This document shows, piece after piece, positions 18,715 to 28,181 of a DNA stretch of 64,000 bases. A program made the translations under genes and the position numbers. The notes under the pieces are model-generated. The model was not told where the DNA came from and made no database searches. It worked only from the letters and a program-made list of their open reading frames with translations. Source of the stretch: Spirochaetia bacterium (GTDB lineage Bacteria > Spirochaetota > Spirochaetia > DSM-27196 > Salinispiraceae). Each line of letters opens with the position of its first letter. Positions within the stretch are counted from its first letter, which is position 1. The stretch is taken from positions 128,001 through 192,000 of the forward strand of contig JBBRCZ010000003.1 in the NCBI GenBank assembly GCA_038204425.1. Reading direction: 5' to 3'.

Positions 18715-21471
18715 TTATACGGTCAATTGGGTTGTAGTCTTGATCTTTGTCAAATCTGCCTTAACAATTGACTTTATTGAGTATTGATAGGTTCTCTCAT
18801 TAATAACAAACTTAAGTTTTTCGCCTGGTCCTTTTCGGTAGATCTCAGCACCAAAAGGAGAAAGGTAACTAATTACGCCCTCATCTGGGTTTGATTCCCA
18901 TGGACCCATAATCGTATAAGTTTCTTCGGTCTTGGTATCTTCGTTGATTAAGAGCACCTTGGTTCCAAAACCAACCCTGCTTGCGTCAACTTCTTCGATG
19001 TTAAAGGCCTTGGCGTGGTCGAGTTCGTTCTTCCACTTAGCAGCTGTAGCATTAAGAATTTCTTGGCGCTCTTTGGCAGCTTTGTACTCTGCGTTTTCCT
19101 TAAGGTCGCCAAAATCGCGAGCGATAGAAATCTCCTTGGAATTCTTCGCAACTTCGACTTCCTGCAAGTTTTGAAGTGCACGACTTTTTTCTTCATAAGA
19201 GTGGTAAAGCGCAAAGAATGTGCTGCGGTTCGAAGTCTCAATTTCTCGATCTTTGTCGTTCTCACCCTTAAACTTGAAGTCCGGAAATCGCTTTTTGATC
19301 AGAGTCTTAGCTTGGCGAGAAAACTCATGCTCAACTCCCCGTGACTCTTCCATTAAGTTGTAGACTCGTCCAATACCGTCTTTGTCAGCACTGCCTAAGT
19401 AATCTATGAGCATGTTTTCCTTAAACAGAATTGTAGAAGCCTGGCGGTTGAGTCGACGGTTTTCGCTCAGATCTTTCTTGTTTTCCAGTTCACGCGCCGT
19501 GATGTCTAGTAAGTGAATTAGTGCTATCAAAATCTTGTCGGACGGAATGTTGAGTTCTTTAAACCATTCTTCTTCCCGACAGTTCTTGAGAAACCAAACG
19601 GCGACCTCACGATTGTCTCTATAAGCAGTAAAAGCATTGGTGAACAATTCTTGAACCTTATCGGTATAGCCTGCTTTTATCAAATCATTGATATTGTCTT
19701 TGTGAAGTTGCAGTGGAAGCAAGCGCAGATAAATTGGAGGCCAGTTTTTAGTATGTTTTCGAATTATGCCGAGAAATTCTCTGCGTAACTCTGCATTATT
19801 TAGTCTAAGGAATACTGCTTCGGTGTCAGGTCCCAACGCTTCAATGGCTTCTCTAAAGTTAAGATTGACTCCAGGATTGAGGAAGTTAAAGTGCTCAATG
19901 ACTGATCTGACAACCAACATCGAACCCAAAGTAAACTCGTTGACCTGACTCATGTTTCGAACGTAGGCAACAAAGTAGCCAAACATTTCCCTGAACAAAT
20001 CTGACTCCACTGATGATTGTTGATCTTGATCCTGAACAAAGCCCAGAAATTCTTGCAGAATCTTGATTCTATTGAAAAACTCTTTTTCTGCCTTAAATCG
20101 ATTAAAGAACTTTTCTTCCAAACTAATCGGCTGCTCACGAACCATATATACATCTGGTTTGTCTGGCATGTTGCCAAAGGATTCGTCTGTTTTGAGCAAC
20201 TGACGAGCTTTGCTGCTCCAAGAGGTCCATTCGTTTGGTTCTAAGAGTTTAGAATCAGCAAGTTCGAGTTTTACCCGTTTCATGTCAGCTTGGTTATCAA
20301 AACTCTTGATTATGGTCTTTAGAGCCCAGATTGGATCCTTAAGAACTTTCTTTTTTAGTTCATCTTTCTTTTGAGTTGTGCGACAAACCCAAATGTGATC
20401 TTTGCCCAAAATTGTCAGCGCACTGACTGCCAACTTAAGTGACATCTTGTGACCCTTGGTTTTAATAAAGTCGATGGTAATAAAATCATCTTTGATTTCC
20501 ATTATTCGACCTACACCCCATGTTCTATGGTGGACGTAGTTGCCAGCATCAAATGAAATGTGCTTTTCAAAGTCAGCAATAGCATCGTGAACACTTCTCC
20601 AAGAAGCACCGATGTTGGACATGCGCAAGCATTCTTCAAGTTGACTATGATTTTGATGCTTGTTTCGATAGCAAATAACCAGTTCGTTGCGGGCAGTTGG
20701 ACTCTTAGGGTCGTAGTTTACAATTTTCTTGAGGATATCAAGCGCTATGTCCCATTTTTCAGCTGCCTTATAGGCAGGATAAAGGTCTTCGAGCAATTGT
20801 ACGGCCCGGTCTTCTCCCAAGACCTTGGATGCCTTGCCCTCAGCATGAAAAAAGAACTCTACTTCTTCGCTGGCTAAGTCGATTAGTTTTTTCCAGATTT
20901 CGCGAACCTGGCTAAACATCTTGCGATTGATGTAGCGGTGAAGGGCTTTCTTGTAGAATTGGATCGCTTCTTCTGTCTTGCCAAGACCCTCGGCACGTTC
21001 TGCCAACAATTTAACGATATCTGCTTCTTCGTAGTCAACACGAATCAGTTTTTCCCAGACTTCGTATTTTTTGGTTTCATTAGATTCTGCTTCATAGCAC
21101 TTGGCAAGCGTGCGGTAGGCGTGTTTATTTTCGCCAAAGCCAAGAATTCTTTCAGCCAATGATTCTACTATCTTCCAACGATTGTTCTCAATAAAAATAT
21201 TGATCAGAATTAGCAAATTGGCGTCGTTGATAGACTGTTTGGTTAAGTTAATGATGCCTGAAATATAGAGGGCTATGATGCTGTTTTTGCTGAGCTGCAT
21301 GTGTTCTTCACACAGAGCCAAAATTTCTTCTTGACATTTCTGTTCGAAAACTTCTTCCAGAAGCTCGTCCAATTCCTTGAAAACTTGGGTAGTGTAGTTT
21401 CCAATTGTAGCCCTGGTCCACTTCTCCTGATGGAGTTGTTCGGTGATCATGGAGATAAGCTGTTCAGACAT
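18715..21471 (-). CDS. greA: Large spirochete-type transcription elongation factor GreA (TPR-like N-terminal extension)
   Basis: C-terminal Gre domain ARDFGDLKENAEYKAAKE, VGFGTKV, ISYLSPFG; ~750-aa helical N-terminus. Confidence 0.92.
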   Translation of the reverse strand: MSEQLISMITEQLHQEKWTRATIGNYTTQVFKELDELLEEVFEQKCQEEILALCEEHMQLSKNSIIALYISGIINLTKQSINDANLLILINIFIENNRWKIVESLAERILGFGENKHAYRTLAKCYEAESNETKKYEVWEKLIRVDYEEADIVKLLAERAEGLGKTEEAIQFYKKALHRYINRKMFSQVREIWKKLIDLASEEVEFFFHAEGKASKVLGEDRAVQLLEDLYPAYKAAEKWDIALDILKKIVNYDPKSPTARNELVICYRNKHQNHSQLEECLRMSNIGASWRSVHDAIADFEKHISFDAGNYVHHRTWGVGRIMEIKDDFITIDFIKTKGHKMSLKLAVSALTILGKDHIWVCRTTQKKDELKKKVLKDPIWALKTIIKSFDNQADMKRVKLELADSKLLEPNEWTSWSSKARQLLKTDESFGNMPDKPDVYMVREQPISLEEKFFNRFKAEKEFFNRIKILQEFLGFVQDQDQQSSVESDLFREMFGYFVAYVRNMSQVNEFTLGSMLVVRSVIEHFNFLNPGVNLNFREAIEALGPDTEAVFLRLNNAELRREFLGIIRKHTKNWPPIYLRLLPLQLHKDNINDLIKAGYTDKVQELFTNAFTAYRDNREVAVWFLKNCREEEWFKELNIPSDKILIALIHLLDITARELENKKDLSENRRLNRQASTILFKENMLIDYLGSADKDGIGRVYNLMEESRGVEHEFSRQAKTLIKKRFPDFKFKGENDKDREIETSNRSTFFALYHSYEEKSRALQNLQEVEVAKNSKEISIARDFGDLKENAEYKAAKERQEILNATAAKWKNELDHAKAFNIEEVDASRVGFGTKVLLINEDTKTEETYTIMGPWESNPDEGVISYLSPFGAEIYRKGPGEKLKFVINERTYQYSIKSIVKADLTKIKTTTQLTV

Positions 21472-21552
21472 TAATGCGAACTCCTAAAGTTACGGTCTGT
21501 CACATGGGATTACCGTTTTTTTATTTATTACAATACTATACCCCGAAAGTAT

Positions 21553-22485
21553 TCAGCTTGTATACTGCTCATAAATACGAGGAGCCAGTCCCTTAATTTT
21601 GAGCAAGAGTTCTTTTATTCGTTTTTGTTCGTCCGAGGAGCGCTGGTAGTAATCAAGTAGCCAAAAATATTTGTTGACCAAGCGAGGAATTTGTAGGTCT
21701 TTTTCTACGGTTCCGTCCATCAGTTCTCGTTCAAGTTGGTAAATCGCTTGCAGAAGTTTGCCATATTCTAGCGCTCGCAACTCGCGACTTACGTTAAAGA
21801 CACCCAAAAGTTGGCCATAGATTGGTATCCATTCATTGACGAGTTTGCCCACATAACCGTCTTTTTTGACAGACTCAATGATTTTTCTAATTAAACCACT
21901 ATCTAAAGTTTCCAATCTAATCTGTTGAGCATCAATAAAAAAAGCTTCTCTAAAAACGACCTTGGATAGGTCGGGTTCATTTACGAGTGCATAGGCATCG
22001 GCCAACTCGGCCAGAATTTGAGGGTCATCTTTCCTGTTTTTGTTGGCTCCCTCCAAAAAGCGGACTGCCATATCAAAGTTACCGAGACACTTAAAACATA
22101 TGCCCATCCGTGACAGAATCTCAGGATCATGGGCTCCAGCCTCGTTGTTATAAACTGACAAAAAGCGCATAGCGCGTCCAAAAACGTACTGCCTGATTCC
22201 ATAAAGAATCCGGTCGTCTTCCAGGCCAATGCGGTCTTTAAAAGCTTGAAAGTTGGACCATTGGCTAATGAGTAGCTCACATTTTTCAAAGTTGCTTTCT
22301 GCCTGATCGAGCAAGCCTTGTCTTTCATGCCAGTAAATCAAATATTTTAAAAAGCCAAGAACAATTGGATCCTCAAAGTCCAAAGCTAGTGCCTGGTCAA
22401 GGGCCTTGCGTGCTTTTTGCAGGTCGTGATCCTTAAGCGCGTCTAGAGAGAGGTTTAGATAGTGACTTGCAGACAATCGTTCCAT
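21553..22485 (-). CDS. TPR-repeat protein
   Basis: TPR-like helices (MGICFKCLGNFDMAVRFLE, ILAELADAYAL); directly upstream of greA. Confidence 0.75.
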   Translation of the reverse strand: MERLSASHYLNLSLDALKDHDLQKARKALDQALALDFEDPIVLGFLKYLIYWHERQGLLDQAESNFEKCELLISQWSNFQAFKDRIGLEDDRILYGIRQYVFGRAMRFLSVYNNEAGAHDPEILSRMGICFKCLGNFDMAVRFLEGANKNRKDDPQILAELADAYALVNEPDLSKVVFREAFFIDAQQIRLETLDSGLIRKIIESVKKDGYVGKLVNEWIPIYGQLLGVFNVSRELRALEYGKLLQAIYQLERELMDGTVEKDLQIPRLVNKYFWLLDYYQRSSDEQKRIKELLLKIKGLAPRIYEQYTS

Positions 22486-22497
22486 AGTGTCGATTGA

Positions 22498-22525
22498 ATT
22501 ATACCTTTTGAAGTGGCAAAGTCAA
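22498..22525 (-). promoter_or_regulatory. sigma70-type promoter of TPR gene/greA
   Basis: Minus strand TTGACT-N16-TATAAT. Confidence 0.65.
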
Positions 22526-24024
22526 TCAAGCTGCTTTGATGCGTAAGTCTGCATGTCAAACTTCCGCTCAAGACCTTTATCATTCATATATCGAACAGTT
22601 CCAAAAATTGGCCTAGATGACCATGGGCGGTCGTGGACACCAAAACACCATGCGATGCCGGTATAACCGTTGGCGTCTCTGCCATCAAGTTGATAGCGGT
22701 CGTTTAGATAAACTGCAATATCATAGGCCTCACGAGGACTAGAGCTCCACTCAATAATTTTCTTGCCCCAATACATACGCATATAGCCGTGCATGCTTGC
22801 ATGATCTAGTAATTGTTTCTGGGCAGCATTCCACCAGCGGTCATGCGTCTGGGCTTGTTCGAGTTGCTTGAGACTGTAAGTATAAGGACGCGGGTCAGCA
22901 CCATGACTTAAGAGGCTTGCTTTGGCCCAAGGGCTTATACCTTCAAACGACTTGTAGTGTGGATTGTAGTTGACATAGTTAATGGCCAGTTCACGACGCA
23001 CGACTAGCTGCTCAAAAAAAGCACTTGCTGCTAAGGTTAGGCGTTGATGATAGGGGTTGAGTATTTCCAAGGCTCTGAAGTACTTGGCTTCTTGATGCGG
23101 TCTATAGTCAAAAACAATGCCTTCCTGATTGAGAAAGTCTAACACTTGTGCCAAAATATCGGAAACCGCTACGTGGCCAAAATGGATCCAGGCCGACAAT
23201 TGACTGGACGCATCCAAGGCTGGATCGTTATGTTTGAGATGGTAGTACTCTAACTTAAACTGTAAAAATCTATCAAGAGCTGACTGGGCTGCTTGTGCTC
23301 CTCCGTGGAGAAGCAAGGACTTTGCACCACTCACTTGTCCCAAATAGCGTTGTTCTACTAGCTGCCATTGGTCTAGGCTGCGCCAGACCTTAGCGCTGGC
23401 TTTGGTCTGCGCTTGAGACTGATGTCGCGGTACTGTATAAACCGTAGCCAATGAATCCGTCTTGACGCTATCGGTTTCCATTGCGACGGGGAAATGTTTC
23501 ATTATAGCTGGCCTAAAGACAGCCGCTGACCAGGCTTGCTTTGGGTAAGCAAGCTTAGCGGCAACCATGCTATCTGCTTCAATTTGGACACAGTCGCAGC
23601 CGCTTTGCTTGCTTGCGAGCGTCTCGATTAACACCGTGCGCCATTGTTTTTGCCAGTCAAGATAGCCAGTATCAAGTACAATCAAGCTCGCTTGCACTTG
23701 ATCAACTAGTTCAAATACGCGCTGAGCCGGGTTAGTGTATTCAGAAACAAGCACTACAAATTCCAGCCGGTCAGCTTCAAAACGAGCACGCGTTTCTTGT
23801 ATGCCTTCAAGTAGAAAACGATAGTGACTTGCATGTGCATTGGGTACATGTGGTGAAGTAACAAAAATCGTAACTAAGTCCCGACCTCTGCGGCCGGACT
23901 CCAAAAGTGCAAAATCCAAACAAAGATTATTATTTCTTCGTGCTGAGGCTTGCATCCAGTAGATGACGGGTCCCCGTTTATTTTCTTGAGCCTTGATATG
24001 CCACTGAACCCGGCTTGCTTCCAT
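22522..24024 (-). CDS. phr: Class II CPD DNA photolyase
   Basis: GPVIYWM, EQLVVRRELAIN, MHGYMRMYWGKKI, LDGRDANGYTGIAWCFGVHDRPW, IFGTVRYM. Confidence 0.93.
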   Translation of the reverse strand: MEASRVQWHIKAQENKRGPVIYWMQASARRNNNLCLDFALLESGRRGRDLVTIFVTSPHVPNAHASHYRFLLEGIQETRARFEADRLEFVVLVSEYTNPAQRVFELVDQVQASLIVLDTGYLDWQKQWRTVLIETLASKQSGCDCVQIEADSMVAAKLAYPKQAWSAAVFRPAIMKHFPVAMETDSVKTDSLATVYTVPRHQSQAQTKASAKVWRSLDQWQLVEQRYLGQVSGAKSLLLHGGAQAAQSALDRFLQFKLEYYHLKHNDPALDASSQLSAWIHFGHVAVSDILAQVLDFLNQEGIVFDYRPHQEAKYFRALEILNPYHQRLTLAASAFFEQLVVRRELAINYVNYNPHYKSFEGISPWAKASLLSHGADPRPYTYSLKQLEQAQTHDRWWNAAQKQLLDHASMHGYMRMYWGKKIIEWSSSPREAYDIAVYLNDRYQLDGRDANGYTGIAWCFGVHDRPWSSRPIFGTVRYMNDKGLERKFDMQTYASKQLD

Positions 24025-24144
24025 AACTCAATGGTAAACACGTCTCTGGAAATATGTCAGCCATTTTTGGCACATTTTGAAAACAAATTGCACTGGCGCA
24101 GGGGGTCTTCTTCTATTGATTTTGCTTGTGCTATAATTGCCTTT

Positions 24145-25647
24145 ATGGCCAGTTTGCCGGAAGAAACCTGTCGTGTGCTACTTGTCGACGATGAACCACT
24201 CTCAAGTCGCATCAACGCCTACATTGTCAAAGAGTCGGGCTTTGGAACTGCGCAACAATGTAACGATTCACGACAAGTGCTAAGTCTTTTGCGCGATGGA
24301 ATTTACGATGTTATATTCTTGGATCTCAACATGCCTTACCTGACGGGTCAAGAACTGCTGGATCAGATTGGACCTGAGTTTCCTGACATTCCAGTAATTA
24401 TCCTTACCAACGAAGACAAGGTCGAAACGGCCGTCGAGTGTATGAAGCGTGGCGCTTTTGACTTTATGACCAAGCCCATTGATCGCAACCGCTTTTTGTC
24501 GGCTCTTAGACACGCTGTGACCATAAAACAGCTCAAGCAAGAAGTCAAACTGCTTTCGTCGCGTCGTGATGACCACGATTTGGTTCATCCTGAGCTTTTT
24601 TCTGCAATAATTACTCGTTCTCCTTTAATGAAGTCAGTTTTTCTTTATATGGAAGCTATATCAGCAAGTCCGCGCACGTTACTAATTACTGGAGAAAGTG
24701 GTACCGGTAAGGAACGTATTGCAGAAATAGTGCACAAGCTTTCTGGTCGGACGGGTAACTTTGTACCGATCAACGTAGCTGGTCTGGATGAAACCGTTTT
24801 TTCTGATTCTTTATTTGGGCACTTGCGCGGCTCATATACCGGTGCCGAGGGGGCAAGAAAAGGTCTGGTGGAACAAGCTAAGCACGGCACGCTCTTTTTG
24901 GACGAAATAGGTGACCTCGACAGCGGCGCCCAGATTAAACTACTACGACTTCTGCAAGAAGGAGAATACTATCCGCTAGGTAGCGACACCGCCATGAAGT
25001 CACAAGCGCGTGTGGTAGCCGCTACCAATGCTAACCTGCACGAGAGCCAAGCCAATGGTTCTTTTAGAAAGGACCTCTATTATCGCTTAATAGCGCATCA
25101 AATTGTACTTCCGCCCTTGCGCGAACGACTTGAAGACATTCCACTCTTGCTAGAGAGTTTTGTTGCTGAGGCTTCTGCTGCTCTGGCTAGACCTGCCCCG
25201 GCAATCGATGAATCGCTATGTTCAGCATTGCAAGAGCATAAGTTCCCAGGAAACATCAGAGAGCTGCAAGCTCAAGTTTTTGATGCTGTAGGTAAAAGCA
25301 AAGGCTCAGTTTTGCGGCCGGAGCACTTCGGACTTAACAAACCAGTGCTGCTTGGTCAATCAATAGATGCCGCCATCAAAGAAACTTTGCAGCCAGAAAG
25401 TGATGATGCAATTATTAGCCAAGTCCACAATAGGGTTCTCACCGAAGACCCCGTAGCAAGCTTAGCCAAAATCAAAAAGATCCTCAGTGAAGATGGGCTA
25501 CCCAGGTTAGATCAGTTAGAATCCATACTCTTTGAATTGGCCCTCAAAAAAAAGGCTGGTAATCAAAGCGCTGCTTCCCATATAATTGGCGTATCACAGT
25601 CAACACTTTCTCGTTGGCTGCGCACCCAAGCTGAAGTAAAGGATTAA
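24145..25647 (+). CDS. NtrC-family response regulator (REC-AAA+-Fis HTH)
   Basis: LLVDDE..FLDLNMP receiver; GESGTGKE, TLFLDEIGD, FRKDLYYRL, PGNIREL; GSYTGA in place of GAFTGA; ATG 24145 preferred over ORF start 23950. Confidence 0.92.
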   Translation: MASLPEETCRVLLVDDEPLSSRINAYIVKESGFGTAQQCNDSRQVLSLLRDGIYDVIFLDLNMPYLTGQELLDQIGPEFPDIPVIILTNEDKVETAVECMKRGAFDFMTKPIDRNRFLSALRHAVTIKQLKQEVKLLSSRRDDHDLVHPELFSAIITRSPLMKSVFLYMEAISASPRTLLITGESGTGKERIAEIVHKLSGRTGNFVPINVAGLDETVFSDSLFGHLRGSYTGAEGARKGLVEQAKHGTLFLDEIGDLDSGAQIKLLRLLQEGEYYPLGSDTAMKSQARVVAATNANLHESQANGSFRKDLYYRLIAHQIVLPPLRERLEDIPLLLESFVAEASAALARPAPAIDESLCSALQEHKFPGNIRELQAQVFDAVGKSKGSVLRPEHFGLNKPVLLGQSIDAAIKETLQPESDDAIISQVHNRVLTEDPVASLAKIKKILSEDGLPRLDQLESILFELALKKKAGNQSAASHIIGVSQSTLSRWLRTQAEVKD

Positions 25648-25650
25648 TTT

Positions 25651-26397
25651 GTGGATACCAATAGGCCTTTTGCCAAAAAGATATTCTTTCTCTATCCGCA
25701 TAGTGTAGTCGAAGATCAAATGATTACCTTACTCATTCAGTCAGAATATGAAGTGGCCTTGATAAATGACTACAAAAAAGCGGGGCCGATACTCTACCGT
25801 TACCCTTCGTCGGTGATCTTTATCAATATTGAATCCGCACTCGATGAGTCCGGTTGGGAACAATTTATAAGTGAGTTGATGAGAACTCGAGAGAAACACG
25901 ATGCTCGGATCGGTATAGTTGTTTACAATCCCAGACCAGACTTGGCACAAAAGTATCTAATGGAGATTGGCGTGCAATGTGGCTTTGTTGGCATCAAGCT
26001 GGGACTGGCAGATAGCGCCCGCATCATACTTAAGACCTTGGAAGTCAACGAAGCAAAGGGTGGACGGCGTTATGTTCGTGTAAAATGTCCGGCTGGTAAA
26101 GCAAGTTTTAACATTACTAGCGGCGGTAGAGTAATTAACGGAAGCGTCTCGGACATTAGTTCTGCTGGTCTGTCTTGTGTCTTTTCTGAGACAATGATAC
26201 CACCTGTCGATTTTTCCGACATGCAACTGTCTTTATGGGGTATGTTGTTTAAACTACAAGGTCGCCAAGCTGGTGTGAGAACTGGGGAAAAAGGCGAAAG
26301 TCTGTTTGTAGTGATTTTTGAAGAACTTGATCGCAATACCAAAGGCAAAATTTACACTTTTATTAGAAAAGCACTGCAGGCTGAGGTAGACCAGTAG
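25651..26397 (+). CDS. PilZ-domain protein
   Basis: RRYVR and DISSAG c-di-GMP-binding motifs in the C-terminal half. Confidence 0.8.
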   Translation: MDTNRPFAKKIFFLYPHSVVEDQMITLLIQSEYEVALINDYKKAGPILYRYPSSVIFINIESALDESGWEQFISELMRTREKHDARIGIVVYNPRPDLAQKYLMEIGVQCGFVGIKLGLADSARIILKTLEVNEAKGGRRYVRVKCPAGKASFNITSGGRVINGSVSDISSAGLSCVFSETMIPPVDFSDMQLSLWGMLFKLQGRQAGVRTGEKGESLFVVIFEELDRNTKGKIYTFIRKALQAEVDQ

Positions 26398-26469
26398 CTC
26401 TTTTGCGTGGAATTTGATCAATATGGTGATATATTTTGCATCTATGATGCAGCAGTGGAGGCTAAAACT

Positions 26470-26907
26470 ATGAGAAGCAAAGGTGATTTTCCCAATTTAA
26501 ACGATCGTGAACCGGAAGGACTTAAACCAGAGGGGACCCCTTACCGAGTCTTGATTGTGGACGACTCACTTTTTATCGCCAAACAACTTAGCCAGATTCT
26601 TAGTTCCGAAGGTTTTGAGATTGCAGGTATTGCAAGTGATGGCGAAGAAGGTGTTAACAAATACAAAGAACTTCATCCCAACCTTGACCTAGTAACCATG
26701 GACATTACGATGCCCAAACTTGACGGAGTAAGTGCTTTGCAACAGATACTTGAGTTTGATAAAAACGCCCAAGTGATAATGATCTCCGCGCTGGGTAAGA
26801 ATGACTTAGTTAAGAATTCACTCATACTAGGCGCCAAGAATTTTATCGTAAAGCCGCTTGACCGGGCCAAAGTTCTTGAACGTGTTGTCTCAGTTCTCAA
26901 GAGATAA
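26470..26907 (+). CDS. cheY: Chemotaxis response regulator CheY (spirochete CheY3 type)
   Basis: VLIVDDS, LVTMDITMPKLDG, FIVKPL; N-terminal extension KGDFPNLNDREPEG typical of treponemal CheY; GGAGG SD. Confidence 0.88.
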   Translation: MRSKGDFPNLNDREPEGLKPEGTPYRVLIVDDSLFIAKQLSQILSSEGFEIAGIASDGEEGVNKYKELHPNLDLVTMDITMPKLDGVSALQQILEFDKNAQVIMISALGKNDLVKNSLILGAKNFIVKPLDRAKVLERVVSVLKR

Positions 26908-27999
26908 ATCCGGGAAGTTTTGATAGAGCATCCGTATCCAATCTATTGGCTGACAATCCTCATTGTGGCAAGCGCCTTCTTGAAACTCCGATCTCAGATC
27001 GCCATCATGGATGAGTTGGTCATAGACCAGCTGCCATTTGTTGTTATGTAGATAGGCATCGATTACCGTGTGGCTTTTTTTAAGAGCTTGGCCCCACAAG
27101 TCTTGCAAAGACTCAGTCCGTACTTGGGTCTTGTAGCATGGATCGACCCACTCCTGTCGATTGCTATTACTTAAGAGCGACAAGATGGTTTGATTGCACG
27201 GTTCTATACCATTTACCACGCGTGGATGCAAAAGCGAAACGTAGTGTAAGATGTCTTCTTGCTCAGCCGTTTCAACGTACCCATTGGAACGCGCATGCAG
27301 ACAGGCTTGAGTTTTTTTGGCTAGGTCGCAATACTCAGTACTACTTAGCCCCATTGACCAATGATAAAATCCATTTGCATCATTTTTTGCATTCTCAAAT
27401 CGCTCTTGTAGCTGAGTGTCATTCAAACAGCGAGGGTAAACCTGCTTTAGTGAGTCCACTAAGCGGCTTGCAATCTCAGGGACTAGATCAGTTGCGTAAA
27501 GCTTTGGAAACAGTGCGCTATTGAGATTTTTCATATTCTTCCAAGAGCAGCAGTAGTGGTCTATCAGGCGTTCACAGACAACGTGTAAGTGCCGCCACGC
27601 GTCGGTATGACTCTGACTAGGTACTACCCAGCCTGAGCGAAAGTTTATCCAAGGATGCAAATTGCGGTCGAGTATGCCATGACTGAGAAATGCAAGTGAA
27701 AAAACAGTGGGTAAGTCAAGTTTGCCGCTGGCTTTTGTAAGCAAGGACTTAGTAACTTGAGCAAAACCGCGTCGATGTAAAGCTACGCTGATGTACAGAC
27801 CTGAGGGTTTGCTTCTGCGATTATGGTAAAACATGTCGGGCATCTGTGCTCCGTGGTTGAGCGCCACCAACGCTTGATGGTTAAACTCTGATAGAGGACT
27901 ATCTGGATCTAGACTAAGATCACTTAAGAGCGGCGCAAGATCCAAAAAAGGTTTCAGACTTTCGAGCGCAAAAATCAAATGGGCAAGCTGAGACGGCAT
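26890..27999 (-). CDS. Zinc-dependent phospholipase C/P1-nuclease-like family protein
   Basis: MPSQLAH N-terminus, PDMFYH, SHGILDRNLHPWI, HVVCERLID. Confidence 0.65.
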   Translation of the reverse strand: MPSQLAHLIFALESLKPFLDLAPLLSDLSLDPDSPLSEFNHQALVALNHGAQMPDMFYHNRRSKPSGLYISVALHRRGFAQVTKSLLTKASGKLDLPTVFSLAFLSHGILDRNLHPWINFRSGWVVPSQSHTDAWRHLHVVCERLIDHYCCSWKNMKNLNSALFPKLYATDLVPEIASRLVDSLKQVYPRCLNDTQLQERFENAKNDANGFYHWSMGLSSTEYCDLAKKTQACLHARSNGYVETAEQEDILHYVSLLHPRVVNGIEPCNQTILSLLSNSNRQEWVDPCYKTQVRTESLQDLWGQALKKSHTVIDAYLHNNKWQLVYDQLIHDGDLRSEFQEGACHNEDCQPIDWIRMLYQNFPDLSLEN

Positions 28000-28181
28000 C
28001 AGACTACTCTAATCAATTAGCCCAATAAGTGACAGGGGATTTTTGATGCAAGCAGCTAGTATCGCTATACAGAACAAGCCCCATTGATTAGAATAACTTT
28101 ATGTCAGCTCTGGCAAAATAATAACAAAAAGAGATTATCCACCCTGACACTTGGTGTCACTAAAGCGGATATCAGGAGGTC

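Noticed and set aside
24068..24091. TGGCAC...TTGC as a sigma54 promoter
   Set aside because: Spacing between GG and GC is far from the required -24/-12 geometry
23950..24144. 65-aa N-terminal extension of the NtrC-like ORF overlapping the photolyase start
   Set aside because: The receiver domain starts just after ATG 24145, which follows an extended -10; the extension covers the divergent promoter region
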